A stretch of 64,000 nucleotides of DNA from Caecitellus pseudoparvulus (taxonomy: Eukaryota; Protista; Bigyra: Bicosoecida). Position numbers and translations under genes: made by a program. The notes under the pieces were generated by a model. It ran no database searches. It worked only from the letters and a program-made list of their open reading frames with translations, and was not told the origin of the DNA. Positions 43,301 to 58,300 of this stretch are shown in pieces (the first letter of the stretch is position 1; each line of letters begins with the position of its first letter). The DNA is taken from contig CBFFRQ010000036.1 of NCBI GenBank assembly GCA_965644315.1, forward strand, positions 43,094-107,093. The letters are read 5' to 3'.

Positions 43301-46300
43301 AGGCCAAGTTCGGCTGCTACGACCCAGAGTCCGGCATTGTGGACTACATGATTGGCGTGGGGACATGCGCCGGCTGCACGGACATCGTGCCGCTGACAGA
43401 CATTTACTCCTTGCCAGGCAGCAGCGTCAGCAACCCTGGCGTGCGCGATGCTGGCAGCAACCCCAACGAGGTGAACATTGTTGAGTGGGAGACACCATCT
43501 TTCACGCCTGTGCACGGCACGGCTTACTTCGTCAGCGTGCAGACGTCTGATGGAGCAGGCTGGAATGCTGCAGACAGGTCTGACGGTGTCGTCTTCGACG
43601 TCACGCCGCCGTCCTACCTTGCACGCAAGATCATCACCTCGGACATCCCCGGCAGCAAGCGCAGGTACTCGCATGCTCGTTCCTCCCTCTCTGGTTGGTG
43701 GGATTGGGCCTTCGTGGATCCCGAGTCTGGCATCGAGTCCTATCAAGCCTGCGTGGGTTCGCAGCCCGGCACCTGTGACTTGCAGCGCCGCCAGTTTGTG
43801 GGCAAGCGTCAGAACATCACATTCAACGGCTTGCGCCTCAGGCACGCAGTCACATACTACGTGTCGGTGCGGGGGACGAACAACGCCGGCGACTGGCGAA
43901 TGGGCGGTGGCGAAGAGGGCGTGACCATCGACTTCACACCTGCAGTCCCCATCGAGATTCGCGATGGCAACCCTACCCAGCAGCACTACGAGGTCATGAT
44001 TGGCCTCATGCCGGGACAAGCCATCCCCCCTGAGCTGGGGCCACGCGACATTGACTACCAGTCCGGGAACACCTCTGTCTTCATGTCTTGGGAGTTCCTG
44101 GACTATGAGTCTGGCGTGGAGAGCTACGAGGTCGCCGTCACGAACGCAGTGGATGGAACGTACGTGTTGCCATGGACGTTTGCAGGCAACGTGAGCCAGT
44201 TCGCGGCGCAGACCACCGTCCCACTGGTGCACAAGGGGGTGTACCGCACCTGGGTGCGTGCAACGAACGGAGCCGGCCACATCAGCGACCAGGCTGGCTC
44301 AGATGGCTTCATCGTGGACCAGACGCCGCCTGCTGTGCGATCTGCAGGGGACATGTCCCAGGTCGCAGACCAGGACGTGACGGACGGCACTGACGACAGG
44401 TACTCCGGCTATGTGGAGATGTATGACGAGGAGTCTGGCATGGTTGCCCTGTCCGTCGCCGTCGGCACGTACCCAGGCGGCACAGATGTGACTGAGTATG
44501 CTGCAGTCGTGCTCCCTGCACGGGCACGCATGCCCAGCAGCACTGCCTACTCAGCTGCTGTGGAAGTCCTGGATGTGCAGTGGGTGAACAACCTGCGGTA
44601 CTACCTGAACATCCGAGCCACCAACGGCGCAGGGATCACAGGAGTCACTCATACAGACGGCATCGTCGCTGACTTGCGCCCGCCTCGCCGCGGCGTCGTG
44701 TTGGATGGGCATGGCGAGGTGGACGCACGCTTCCAGCGCTCCACTTCCTCCGTGGCTGTACAGTGGCGTCATTTCTGGGATCTGGAGAGCAACATCACCA
44801 CCTACTTCGTGGGCTTGGGGCACTCTCTCACAAGTGGGACCAACATCGCCAAGTACCGCGCTGTCCCTGGCACCCTGAACCGAACGACCATCGTGGCCAG
44901 CATTCCCAACGGCCGAAAGGTGTTCGCTTACGTGTATGCAGTGGACCAGGCTGGGCATGCCTCCCAGCCCATAATCTCCAATGGTGTGGTGGTGGATGCA
45001 ACTGACCCCCTGCCTGGTGCAGTGTTTGACGGTCTCGTTCCCTCCGTGGCGGGTGACTTGGACTACCAGTTCACGAATGACACCATTCGTGCTGCATGGA
45101 CGAGGTTCCGTGACTTGCAGTCCGGCATTGCGGATATCCGCGTGGCGGTCGGGACTGCAGGCCTGACGGACAACGTCGTGGCCTGGACCCACCTTCCGCC
45201 AGCAACCACTGCTGTGGTCCTGCCTGGCCTCGCGCTCAACGACGGCGCGATGTACACCGTGAGCGTGCTGGCCATCAACGGTGCAGGCGGCTCCACACAG
45301 GTGTCAAGTGACGGTGTGACTATTGACGCTTCCCCTCCCACCTGTACGTTCAGGAGGGTCCCCATCCCTTCAGGTGCCTCCACAGCTACGTTTAACGACA
45401 CTTTGCCCCTGGCGTGGGAATGTGACGACCCCGAGTCTGGCGTTGCCCTTGGCGAGTGGTCTGTGGACACCATTCCCGGTGGCCGAGCTGTGAAGGACTG
45501 GGCCAACATTGCCACCACGTGGGATTTGTCCTCCCCCCTGCATCGGGACCGCTTCCCTGTCGTGTCCATGCAGGCTTACTACGTGACCTTGCGCGTCACG
45601 AACGGGGCTGGGCAGGTTGGCGTGGCAGTGTCGCCGCCAGTCATGCTGGACAACACTCCCCCTGAGGTGGTCGCTGTCGGCGTCGGGTCCTGGGGCAGCA
45701 TCAAGGAATTCTGGGACCCCACTCTCGCAGTGGTTTCGTCAGCTTCAGGGGTTGATACCGTCAACCTTCCTGTGGTGTGGCGCGTGGCCGACTACGAGTC
45801 TGGCCTTGCCTCTGTTGAGGTGGGCGTGTCCTCCAGCTCGGCTGTGGACCCAGGCACCGGTTTGCCTGTGCCGGACCTCTCAGGTGCGTACTCCACTGTC
45901 TTCACCTCCAACGCGGACATCGTGCCGTCACCGGATGCCGGTGTGGTTTCCATTGACGTTCCCAGCGGGGCCGGCGCAGACGGCGTGACCGTCTTTGTGA
46001 CCGTCGTCGCAGTGAATGTTGGGGGGCAAGTCACCACATACACAGCACCTGCAACTGTTCTGGATACGACTCCCCCTGTCTGCGCATCAGTCATTGATGG
46101 CGTTGACCCTGCGGGTGTTGATGTGGATGTGACCCCGTTCCCAGTGCTGGGCGCTGGCTCGTGGTCCTGCTCCGATGCGCACTCCCCCATCGTGATGTCA
46201 GAGGCCGCCGTGGTTGGGCTCCCAACTGCAGGTGATGCCGTTGCCCATGTGACAGCAGACCCCTCCGTGCTAACGGACGTGGGGGCCACGTCCTGGATCA

Positions 46301-49300
46301 TTTCCGGTGTGCCCATGCAGGGTGGCATGCACTACTACACTGTCGTGCGCCTCACCAACGCAGCGGGGGTCACGTCTGGCTTCTTCGACTCAGACGGCAC
46401 GGTGCTGGACATTACCCCTCCTGTGATTCTGTCTGTAGGCGCTGGTCGATACCAGACTCCAGGCAGCGGCAATGTGCAGGTGACTATTGTCGCAGAGGAT
46501 GCAGAGTCTGGTTTGGTTGAGTGCACTGCCCAGCGCACGTCAGCCCCCGGCTCAGGCACCATCGGTGCAGTGGAGACAGCCACTCTGACGGCTGTGACAA
46601 CCCAACAGAGCATCCCGCTGACTTTCTCGGGGCTGACACTGTCCCACGGCGACAGCTTCTTCGTGGATGCTACGTGCACCAACGCGGCGGGCGCCGTCAC
46701 TCGCACCACCAGTGCGGCCATTACTGTGGACAACACACCTCCGTTGGATGGCACCATGCGGGTGAGCCCCAAGTTCCCCGACTCCTTCTCCACCACCCCA
46801 GCTTGGACCAGCACGCGCACGATCGAGGGCCTGCAGTTCTCCGTCGCAATTTCTCACTTCCGGGATCCCGAGTCCCTCCCTGCCTCTCAGTTCATGTCGT
46901 TGGGCTCCACCGCTGGTGCAGATGACCTTCTTGCAGAGTTCCAGCTGCCTGTCTCTGGCGCTGCCATTTCCAGCTCCCGAACAGTTCTGACCGCCCCAGT
47001 GGACATTGTCAACGGTACAGAGGTGTTCGTCAATGTGCGCACGACGAACATTGTGGGCCTGTCCGCTGTGGCCAGCCAGACTGTGCAGGTGTCTGCTGCG
47101 ACCATCACGCCCGGTCTGGTGGTGGAGGTGTGCGATGGTCTCGGAATCACATCTCCTGTTGTCAGCCAGATCAACGCGTCCTCCAGCGTCGTGGACACGT
47201 GTGCCGTTCAGCGCTCCAAGTACGGAGTGTGGTTGACTTGGAGTCCGTTCTCTGAGTCCACCGGTGCCACTCTCATGTACGAGATGGCGATTGGGACGTC
47301 CCCTGGGGCCACCGACGTGCTGGACTTCGAGGCTGTGGGAGAAGACCCCATCGGCTCTTCGTTCCGCCTGCACAACTTGACACTGGACTCTGGAGTAACA
47401 TACTACGGCGTCGTTAGGGCATCCAACCCGTCCGGTGCACGCGTGATCGTGTCCTCTGACGGCTTCCGTGTCGACAGCGAGCCGCCCACTGGTAACTTTG
47501 TGCTCGTGGGTGAAGCTGGCGTCATCACTGCTGCAGCCAGCGCTGGTGGTGCCATGTCTAGCAGTGCTGTGAACACCATCGGTGCCGGGGCCGCTTGTGC
47601 TGCTTGGTCCTTCGACGAGCCAGCAACATCCATCACAGGCTACACGCTCGCACTTGGCACCCGCCCTCAGGCTCAGGACGTATTGCCAGCAGTGCATGTC
47701 CCTGCTGGCAGCACTTTCTTTGACCCCACCACTGTGTCTGCAGCTGACCTGCAGGCAGTGGATGCAGGTGTCACGCTGGCTGACTTGAACACGGCCCTTG
47801 CCAAGTTGCAAGCACCTGGTGCGCACCTCGCTGGCGAAACTCTGTACGCGACAGTGACTGCAACGGACGAGTCGAGCCTGACAGGCACTGCCTTCTCAGC
47901 AAATGGCGCTGTGGTGGATCTGACCCCGCCTGTCCCAGGCAGCGTGTACGACTTCACCATTGTCTCTGCTTCGCCTCTCACCTCCTCCGACCTTGCTGCA
48001 GAGATTTCTCGACGCAATTCCAATGGCCAAGTCGCTGACGACCGATTTGCATCTGATGTTGGTGCCTACGTTGCTGCTCATTGGACGGGCTTCACAGACC
48101 TGGAGTCCGGGGTCTATGCCTACGAGTGGTGCATTGGCAGCTCGCCTGGTGCTGCTGACCTGATGGCTTGCACCCCTGTCGCGGGTCCTGGCACCCATGC
48201 TGTTGAGGCCGCCCCTGCCGCCTTGGCTGCACGCCTGTCGGCTGCTGGCGGTGCTTCCAGCAACGACACACAGTTGTTCGTGACAGTGGTCGGCTTCAAC
48301 GGGGCCGGCCAAGATGCACGTGCCTACTCGAACGGCTTGTCCATCGACGTGCAGGCGCCGCAGGTTGCCCCAGTCGCTGGCGTGGCTGGCCAGTTGGCCT
48401 TTGTCCCGCCTGGAACGGGTGCGGGCGCGCGCGTTGTGGCTCCCAATGACACGGCGATGTACTCCAGTGTCAGCCACACAGTGTCCGTGGCATGGCCACG
48501 ATTCACTGACTCAGGTGCTGGCCTGTCCCACTTTGAGGTGTGCTTGTCATCCGGCACAGCCACTCCTGCAGCCTGCGATGCCGTGCCCCGTCTTATCGTC
48601 GCGTCGTCCGAGAATGCGTACACGTGGACTGGGCTTGCTCTCACCGACGGTCGCTTCACAGCAGCTGTGTGGGCGGTGGACCGGGCCGGCGGACGTACCA
48701 TGCTGCAAACCATGCAGCCGCTGAGCATTGACACGACCGTGCCAGCCTTCACTGGATCAGTGCTGGACACAGACCCGGTGGAACACGCACGTACTGTGGT
48801 TGCTGGCACTGCTGCCTCTCTCACTGATGTTGATGCGTCACCTTTCGACGCTCGTGTCTCTGCTACTTTCCCAGCTTCCACTGATGTGGGTGGCTACATC
48901 GCAGCTTACGACATGGAGGTGTGCAGGACCATCGACGGCTCTTGTGTGGGGCCACGCCAGCGCGTCCTGTCGCTTTCGGAGGGTGCTGCACCCCCTGCTG
49001 ATGGGGTGTTTGCTGTTGATGTGAGTCTGCCTACCTCCTCGGCCATGGAATCAGGCGTCAAGTACTTCGTGCGCATCACGGCTGTCGATGCGGCTGGGAA
49101 TGAAGCCACTGCAAGCTCGGATGGCTTTGTTGTGGATGCGACGCCGCCTGTCCTTGGCTTTGTCGCAGATGGACCTGCCTGCGATGGGTCCAGCGCAGGA
49201 GATGCGTTCTTGTCCCGCCTGGAGCTGTGCGACAAGAACTTTGCGCCGGCAGCCACCTACGCGACCAGCACCGTCACGAGCACTGTGCCCGGGACGTGCA

Positions 49301-52300
49301 CTGAAGTCAACGGTGTCCAAGTGAACGCACTGTCAGCGTCACTTGTCACCTTGGCAGACCTCACCTGCACGGATGCTGGCACGTTTGTCAACGCCGTGTC
49401 GAACGGCGCTCCGATCGTGTGCTCCTGCACACACAATTCTGGCTCTGCTTTTGACCCAGCCGACGTCGTGGGTGCCGTCGTGCAGACACCCGCAAGTGTG
49501 CAGGAGGAGCGTGCTCCCTCAGGAACGCCGGGTTTCTCTGCCCACTTTACCCTGTTTGAGGAGCAGGAATCCTCCCGCGTGGATTACGAGTGGTGTGTGT
49601 CCACCTCCTCCAACATGATTTCACCGGCGTTGAACAGCGGCACTGCTGGCGGCATCTCTCCTGCCCTGCGTGGAGGTGCACCCACGTCAGGCTCCTGCAA
49701 TGTGCTCCCATGGACATCTGTTGACGTCACGGCCACGGGTACGCAGGTGTCTGCCCCGCCTGCGGTCATTACGGCAGGCGTTGCTGATGGCGTTGGTGTC
49801 GACCTGCGCCTGCTCACTGCAGGCACAGAAGTATTCACGTACGTCAAGGCGTGCAACAGTATGAACATGTGCAGCGTTGCCCGCTCTAACGGAGTGCTCA
49901 TTGACGGCTCAGCGCCTGGCAATGGCATCGTGTCTGACGGTCTCGTGTCAGGTGATGACCAAGATGCCGTGGGCGTGCGCAACACCTTCTCCGCCGCGTG
50001 GTTCGGGCTGGCTGACGCCCAGAGCGAAGTGACTTTGGCCTGGGACATTGTCGCGGTGCCGCAGAGCAGCTTCCCGCTGACGACCTCAGCGGTGGACTTG
50101 GTGCCTGGTGTCGATGGTGCTGTGCAGGTCATGGGCAGTACGCCTCTGCCCCCGGGCACCTTCTCCGCGACAGCACACACCGGTCCTGTAGAGGATGGGT
50201 GGGTTGTCTTCCCTCGCATCACAGCTACTAACGAAGCTGGCATGAGCACCACCATTGCCTCAGATGGTGTCATGGTAGACACGTCTGCTCCAACCTGCGC
50301 CGATTCCGCTGGCCGTTGTGTGGTCGATGTCGACCCCACCATTGTCGTCCAGAACGTGACGGCAGAGTCTGTCGTGGCCGACATCGACATCTCCGCATCA
50401 ACCACGACCATTGCCGCTGCCTGGGTGCCTCTTGAGGATGCACACTCTGGCCTGCGCAAGGTCGAGTTTGCTGTCTGCGACAGCACTAGGTCAGTTTGCC
50501 CCATGCCTTGGGCGCCCATCGCTGCGACGACGCTTGCTTTCCGCTCCACTTCCGTGGCGCTGCAGCATGGAACAACCTACTTCGTGCACATGCGCGCCAT
50601 GAACAGGGCTGGCGGCGTGTCTGAGTTCATGTCCGATGGCATCGTCATCGACGCCTCTGCTCCGGTCGTGCCTACGGGTGCAGCTGCTCGCGTACCTATT
50701 CGCAACGGCGCGCCGATTCCCGGCGGCACAACGTCGGCCCTCGGCACAGCAGACTTGGGTGTGCATGCAGACTGGAACGACATTCGTGTGTCCTGGTCAC
50801 CTTGCCAAGACGGAGAGTCTGCCATCTCTGCCTACGAAGTTGGTCTCTCCTCCTCCTCGGCCTTTAGCATGGACCTGCTGCCGTTCACCGCCGTGGGGAA
50901 CACTCTGGAAGCGACCTTGACCGCTGACCCCACTGCAGTCGCGGCACTGACTCCGGCTCCAGCTGCTGGGTCTCTTGCTGACCTGCCTCGGGTGTTTGTG
51001 AGCGTGCGATGCTGGAACCACGCAGGTGGCTCTGCCGTGTTCACGTCTGGACCTGCGATCGTGGACTCCTCGGTGCCCCCTGCCATCAACGCTCGACTGG
51101 CATCGTCCCTGGAAGCGGCTGCGGCTGCGGAGGCTACTGCACACGACCTCAACAGCTACGTGGCCCTCGCGACCAACACAGATGTGGAGTTGGACGGGCC
51201 CAGCGATGGCGAGGAGATCATCTCCTGCACCGTGGCGGGAACCAATGTCACGGTGATGGGGTACGACTGCTCTGCTGGCACGAACTGCACGTTTGTGGAA
51301 GCAGGGGCGACCTCCCCATTCACTGGCTCAAACATCGTGTGTGACAACGGCGTTGCTTGCCCCTCGGTGTCTCTTGGTGTGGGCGCTGGGTGCTCCCCTC
51401 CCTCCCCTGCCCGCCGACGGGCTCTGCAGGCAGCAGGCGGTGCCAGCGGCGTGCCTCCTCAGAAGGTGGCGAAGCTGCTGTACGTAGCAGAGCCATCTGC
51501 CACGGTGCCCATTGCATTTGACCGGCCTGGGGCGTTCTTTGCCCCTCGTGTGTGCTGCTACAACGTCTTTGTCGGCCGCCTGCCAAAGTTGGATGACGTC
51601 GCGCGGCCTCCCGAGCTGCAATGCGTCAAGAGTCCTGGCAGCAAGACCCTTCGGTACCATGGCACGCCTGACGGCTCCAGTTGGGCTGTTCGTGATACGA
51701 CGTACGTGTCTGTGGAAGTCGTCGGGTGCAACGGCAAGAGCCGGGTTGTGGATGCTGGCGTGGTGGTGGTGGATGACTCGCCACCCAACGCAGACGGGGC
51801 TGCCGTCATTGACTCCTTGGTGATCTCCAAGGTGCCCTGGATCAAGCGCCGCAAGCACTTGAAGGACGACATGGATGTCTTGCACCCACAAGACGTCATC
51901 TCTGCCCGCTGGAGTGGCTTCTTCGATACTGAGTCAGACATTGCGCACTTTGACGTTGCCCTTGAGAGCACCAACACCAACAAGCGAGTCATTGACTGGC
52001 GCCGAGCTGAGAAGACCACCACAACGGCAGGCGTGACGAGCTTGGAGGCTTTCGCGCCTGTCAGCAGTCTTGAGGTCGGAGAGAGCTACCGTCTGCTGGT
52101 CCGCGCGGAGAACTACGCTGGCCTTTCCACTGTGGTTGCATCTGACGGTTTCTCTGTGGAGCCTGACGATCTGGCAACTGGCGAGGTTCGGGAGAGCATC
52201 GGCTACATCCCTGCGTGTGATGGGGAGGAATCAGACCCGACGCCTGGCAAGCTTGGCTTGCTGCGCCGCCTCAGGTCCCGCTTGCCCCGGGACCAGGACC

Positions 52301-55300
52301 ACGCCGCTTCCTTGGGCAACTCCATCACAGTGTCATGGCGTAACGCATTGGACAAGCGCGTGAGCTACACCAGCATCGAGGCCTGCATCTCAGGCACGAA
52401 CAACTTCACAGGCAGGGCGACCACAGCCAGCGGCGCTGAGGACGACTGCAACATTCTGGACTGGAGCCCTGTCGGCGCCAAGGGCGGCGTGGCGTGCTTC
52501 CCTCCTTGGACCCTCGATGTCGCCCCTCTGGCATGCCCCAGCAACGCAACTTCTTGCCGTGCTTGGTTCTACGTCGCCCTTCGTGCCGTGACCGAGGGCG
52601 GGCAGGAAGTCCTCGTCCGCAGCGACGGGCTGCACCTGGATCGCACCGACCCTGAGCCAGTGAAACTTGACCTGACATCCGCCAGTGTGCCTCATGCGCC
52701 TGCTGCCATGCCTGACGAGCCAGGGGCGGTGCCTGCGAGCGCTCGCGCCCTCGCCTCCATCGCAGGCCTGGACGCTAGCGCTTTGGACGGCCGCCATCAC
52801 CAAGCCGTTGGCGGCTCCGGCTCTTCAGACTTCCTGCGCCGCCGCATGAAGGCTGCGGCGGTGGCCAAGGCACACCCCGCGTGGCACGCTGCCACGCCGG
52901 CCAAGGTGGCCCAAGCTCACTCACCCGTTCATGCCCGTGCACTTGCCAGCAGCCGCGCCTTGACCATTGATGAGGCTGCGCTGCTGAGCACGCCATGGCT
53001 TCAGACCAGCCTGGACTCCATCTCGTTCACGGCTGAGTTCCGCGATATCGACGCTGGCATTGAGCGAGTCGTGTGGAGCCTGGGAGAGTCTGTCGGTGAC
53101 CAGGCAATTGTGGCCAACCAGGTGCTGGGGGCTGCAGACCTGGACGCAGGACGCCTCACGACGGCTTCAGGCCAGGCCCGTGTGCTGGATGGGCGGCAGG
53201 GCTCCTTCATGAAGCGCTCAGCGGGAGAAATCGTTGGCGTGACGAAGGCCGTTGCACGGGTGCGTCACTCTGGGCTGTCCCTGCAGCCAGGGCGTGAGTA
53301 CTGGCTCACAGTGCAAGCCTTCGACAACTCAGGACGCAGCACCATCCTCAACACGCGTCTCGTGCCTGATGCCACCGCCCCTGTGCCAGGTAAAGTGGTG
53401 GAGGCCCTGAACGCACGTGCTGTGCGACGTGCTGCCGCTGAGGGGCAGCTGGCTGAGGACTTGGACTACCTTGCCCTGACAGACCGCCCACGCTTGACAG
53501 TGCAGTGGGCCGGCTTCCACGATCCGGAGGCCACCACTCAGGACGAGTGGGAGGGTGTGCAGTTCTACGAGTGGGCCATTGTCGGCTTTGGTGACGACGC
53601 TGCCTCCTCCGGTGTTGAAGCCAAGGTGCAGCGCGAACCCATTCCTGCCGATTTCGGCAACTCCTCCGCCTCCTCGTCGTCCTCTTCCAGCGCCACGTCG
53701 TTCGGATCCACGACGGGTCTGGGCGGCAACACGACTGCCGACGCCGAGCTCGCCTCCATCCGCGCGGAAGTGCTGGGCACCCTGTCAGCGAAGGAGGACG
53801 AAGTCGCCAGCAAGCACGGCGTCATGCACCTCGTCACGCCCCTCACAAATGTTGGGCGTGTACTGACGGCCTCCACCAGCGCGCTGAACTTGGTGCATGG
53901 GAAGCGGTATGCTGTGCTCGTTCGAGCCTGCAACGCACACGGCCTCTGCTCCAGCACCCTGTCTGATGGCTTCATCGGGGATGCAGGGCCAGCACCGTGC
54001 CTGTATGGCCTGCGAGACCGCTCCTTGAGCTCTCACTCTGGCGTGCTGGAGCTTCCCGCAGTGGGATCTGGCGCCAGCCGAGCAGAAGACCTCACTTTCA
54101 CCGCTCTGAACACCGAGTTTGGAGCGCAGTGGAGCGTGGGTGTCTCTGCACTGGAGGGTGACGGCTGCATGAAGCAGTGGTCTGATTCCCAGAACCGCTC
54201 CGAGTCCGGCATTGGCGGCCGCGACGTGAGTCTGTCGGCCGACGAAGTGGACGCCGCCCACATGGAGCTGTCCATGGCAGATGCGCAATTGGCGTATGAG
54301 AACATGCCACGCCGCCTGGCGCCCGTGTCTCACTTCTCCTGGGCTTTGCAGCAGACGTCAGAGCCCTACCGTGAGGATGACGACTCAGAGGCTGACTCCG
54401 GAGCCGGCAACTCCACCACCACCAGCACCTCCACTGGCATTCCCTCTTTCAACTTCACGCTGGACGCAAACAGCACTGCGACGCCCACTGACTACGATGC
54501 GTACACTGAGACGTCGACTGAGGAGCTCACCGGCACTGCCAACGAGCGCTTCTACTACGAGTCAGTGTTTGAGGGTGATGCCACAGCTGGCACTGTTGTG
54601 GACTTTGTGGGGCCAGACGAGCGCCTGGTCTTTGCTGATGTGCAGGCGGATCAGGTGTCCGCGGGTGCTTCGCGGCGCCTCGTGCAGAGCCTGAGCGGCA
54701 CCACATATGCCCCTGCAGACTCTCCCTGCTGTGACAAGTTCCAGTCCATGACCCCCACTCGCTTCCGTCCTGACGCCGTCGTGCCTTGCCCGGTATGTGC
54801 TGCCGGCCGTGTCGCCGCCTCCGATCGAGGCATCTTGGTACCTGGTGCCGATGCCACCCTGCGCAGCGCATCTGTGGTGGGCACGGATGCTGCCACTGCC
54901 AGCGGCGCTGCTGCCACCTCGTTTAGTGTCTTGCGTTCTGCCTACCTCCATGCAGGCAAGACCAGCCTCAGCTTGGACAAGCGCGCGCCGGCAGTTGGCT
55001 TGGGCGCCGCAGGGCAGGCAGCCATCATCGTGCAGGGCGGCAGCACTCCCAGTGTACACGCGTTCTATGAGGTAACGCCGGGTGCAGAGGACGGTGTGGC
55101 TTTCCTCGGCAGCGCGAGTCTACCTTCCGGTGTGGATGCTGCCGCCTTCGGAAGCAGCGGGGCAGTCGTGTGGACGACACCAGCCAGTCCAGCCAGCGCA
55201 GCCGACCCCGGCGTGCTGGTGCATGCTGCAGGCGTGGATGGCGCTGTTGTGGGTATGGTCACTGTTGCCTCCGCTTCTGGCACCGCCAGCTCCAGCACGT

Positions 55301-58300
55301 TGCCTGCGCCAGGCGACTCAGGTGTGCGCGTGGCTGCCTCAGGGCAGCTCCTCGCTGCCCATGCACCGGGAGCCTGCTCAGGCACCACCTGCCAAGTGCA
55401 CGTCGCCTCTACCAGTTCTGGGCGCCCGACCTCTTGGGCCGCCACCGATGTCGGCATTGAAGTTGGCAGTTTGGCAGGCAGCTCAGCGTACTTGAGTTCG
55501 CAGGTGGCAGTGGCTGGCACCGTGCTGGGGGCTGCCGTCGCAAACGGTGCAGGCGAGGAGGGCGCTGCCACCTTCGGTGCAGCGGCCATTTCCCCGAGCG
55601 GCGTTGCAACCCCCATCTGCTCCGTGTCACTGCCAGTCGGCGTGATCGCAGTGATGAGTGCTGCGGCGCGCGAAGTGCCATCTGAGCCAAGCGTGTCTCT
55701 GTTCAGCGTGCTGGTGGCTGACCACGGCTTGACTGCCGACTTCCCCACCAACCACAGCGCTGTCTTGCTCACAGTGAACTCTGCCACCCAGGAGTGCTCG
55801 GTGGTGGGCAGGGTCACGGCGCCTGTGCCACAGCGGCACATGGCCGCACACCTGCGTGCTGCAGGCCTGCACAGCTCAGCCAGCCCAGCAGCGTTGGTCG
55901 CAGCCTTGGAGGATGCAGTGGGCATGGTCTGGACCGCAAGTACCCTTGTGACCCACGTCTCAGCGGCACCAGGCCAGGTAGGCTGGTTCAACCGGCGCGG
56001 GGCCATGTCCACAACCGCCTTCTGCAACCCAGGCGCGGTCCGAGCCAAGGCTGAGGCGGCACTCCGCGGGCTCCCGTGGTTCTGCGATACGTGTCCGGCA
56101 GGCCTGACTTCCGCTGGCGGTGCTGCGGCCTCCTGCACGAGCTGCCACGACGTTGTGTGCTTGCCCCGCGGCGAGAACACTTTCGAGGCCGCTGCGAGAG
56201 TGGCGTTGGATGAAGACCTGGCGTACTTGTCCAAGAACGGCACCATGACTGGTACGAACTTCATGGCCAGGCGCCTGAACCCGGGCGTCCGGTACTCTGT
56301 GACGGTCAAGGCGACCACAGCATCCGGTACCTCAAACACCGGCACGACGGATGGCTTCATGGTGGATCTGACTGCTCCTCGCTTCGTGCGTGGGTCGCTG
56401 CTGGATGGCATCGTCGTCCTGCGCAACCGCACAAGCGGCGACGATGACTTCCTCTCCAGTTCGTCGGGGGAGGGCGCCGCAGAGGCCAACGAACCCGCCT
56501 CCGGCCCACTTCCAGACTCCGAGCTGGAGCAGGCCAACCAGCGCCGCATCACGTCCAAGAGCTCCGGTGATCAGGATGTCGACTACACGACCGTCACGGA
56601 CCAGCTGAGCGTGACCTGGACAGGCATGTTCGACAAGCTGTCGGGTGTCGCGAAGATTGAGGTGTGCTTCGGCACCGCACCCGGCGTGTGTGACACGGTG
56701 AACCGCACGACCGTCGCAGAGTTTGACGTGCGCAAGCGCCTGGACTTGTCCCCCAATGAGCACTACACGGCCACTGGCCTGGCCCTGCAGCCCAGCACGA
56801 GGTACTACGCGACGGTGTTTGTCACCAACGGCGCTGGCCTGACGGCTGTCGGGGCGACAGACGGCGTCATGGTGGACGCGACGCCGCCCAAGATCGTGGG
56901 TGTGTTCGACGGCCTGTCCGGCCTGGACCTGACGTCGCAGAGCCAGATGGACCTGCTGTTCGGCAACTGGGAGGTGGAGGACCCCGAGATGCAGCAGGCG
57001 CCCGCCCGCCTGCCAAGCGATTTCACCATGTCTGACAATGACGAGTTCCTGGAGGCGCTGCGCCAGGCCAACCGCTTCGAGCCCACTGACGGCGACTTTG
57101 TCTTCGAATACTGTGTCGCTTCAGACTCTGCGTGGGATGAGAACGACTACGTGCTGAACGCTGATGAAGTTCTGGAGATGAAGCCGGGTGTGGAGCCTGT
57201 GTGCGACATGGCGCCGATCACGCAGGTGTCCGCCGGCTTCACTGGTTTGGACAACTTGAACATGCAGGTGAACGGGAAGTACAGGTGGATTGTCCGCGCC
57301 ATCAACGCGGCTGGCCTGACGTCTGGGTGGTACTCCTCCAACGGCGTGGTGGTGGGCAAAGCCGAGCACGTCGTTACGCCAACCACCACGGGCCGCTTCG
57401 GCTTTGACACGTCCCCCACTGGCGGCTTCAAGGACCCGTCGCAGGTGCCTGACACGACGCCGCCTGGCGTCGTGGACCCCACTCTGTCCAACGTCGCCAG
57501 GACTGTGGGGTCTCTCTTCATCCCCAAGGGTGCCATGCCCAGTAACGAAACTGACGGCACCATCATCCGCGCCGGCACTGTCTCGCGTGACGCCCAGCAG
57601 AACCCCCCAGCAACTGGTGACGACGCAGGTGTCGCTGACCCCAGCAACCAGCCGCCTGGAGACAACTTCATGTTCAATGGGTACTCCTTCACCATCCGTG
57701 CTCTGGGCCCTGACGGCAAGCACATTGACGGCTTCCGCTTCGAGAAGCCGGTAGTCATCTCCCTTGCGTACAACACCGACGATTTGGTTTCCAACGCTAA
57801 GGCCGATGGGCGCATGGAGGACAGCCAGACCCCCGAGGACCTGGCACCCCAGCTGAACTTCTTCTCCAAGGCTGAGAGCCGGTGGATGGATGCCCGGGAC
57901 ACCTGCCCACCTGAGCAGCGCTGGTCCATGGTGGACACTGTGAACAAGCAGTACCACATCCGCATCTGCCACTTGACGCAGTGGGCAGTGTTTTACCAGC
58001 AACGCCCGGTGGCAGTCGTGGAGGGCGGCAACGCAATTGTGGTGCACTTGCGCCGCGGGCAGACTGGCGCAGACGGCATCGGCCTGGATGCGTCCAACTC
58101 GTATGACCGCGACACTGGCGTCAGCTCCGTGTCCTGGTCGTACTCTGCGGGCTCTGCGCTGGCGACAGGCGTTCCGCTCACCGCCAGCACTGGCACGACA
58201 GCTGCCCTGGATGTGGTGCAGTTGCCATGGGCCGGCATGCTGAACGCCAGCCGCACTGTGGATGCCTTCCGGCGCGGGGACAAGGCAGGTCTCTTGGCGG

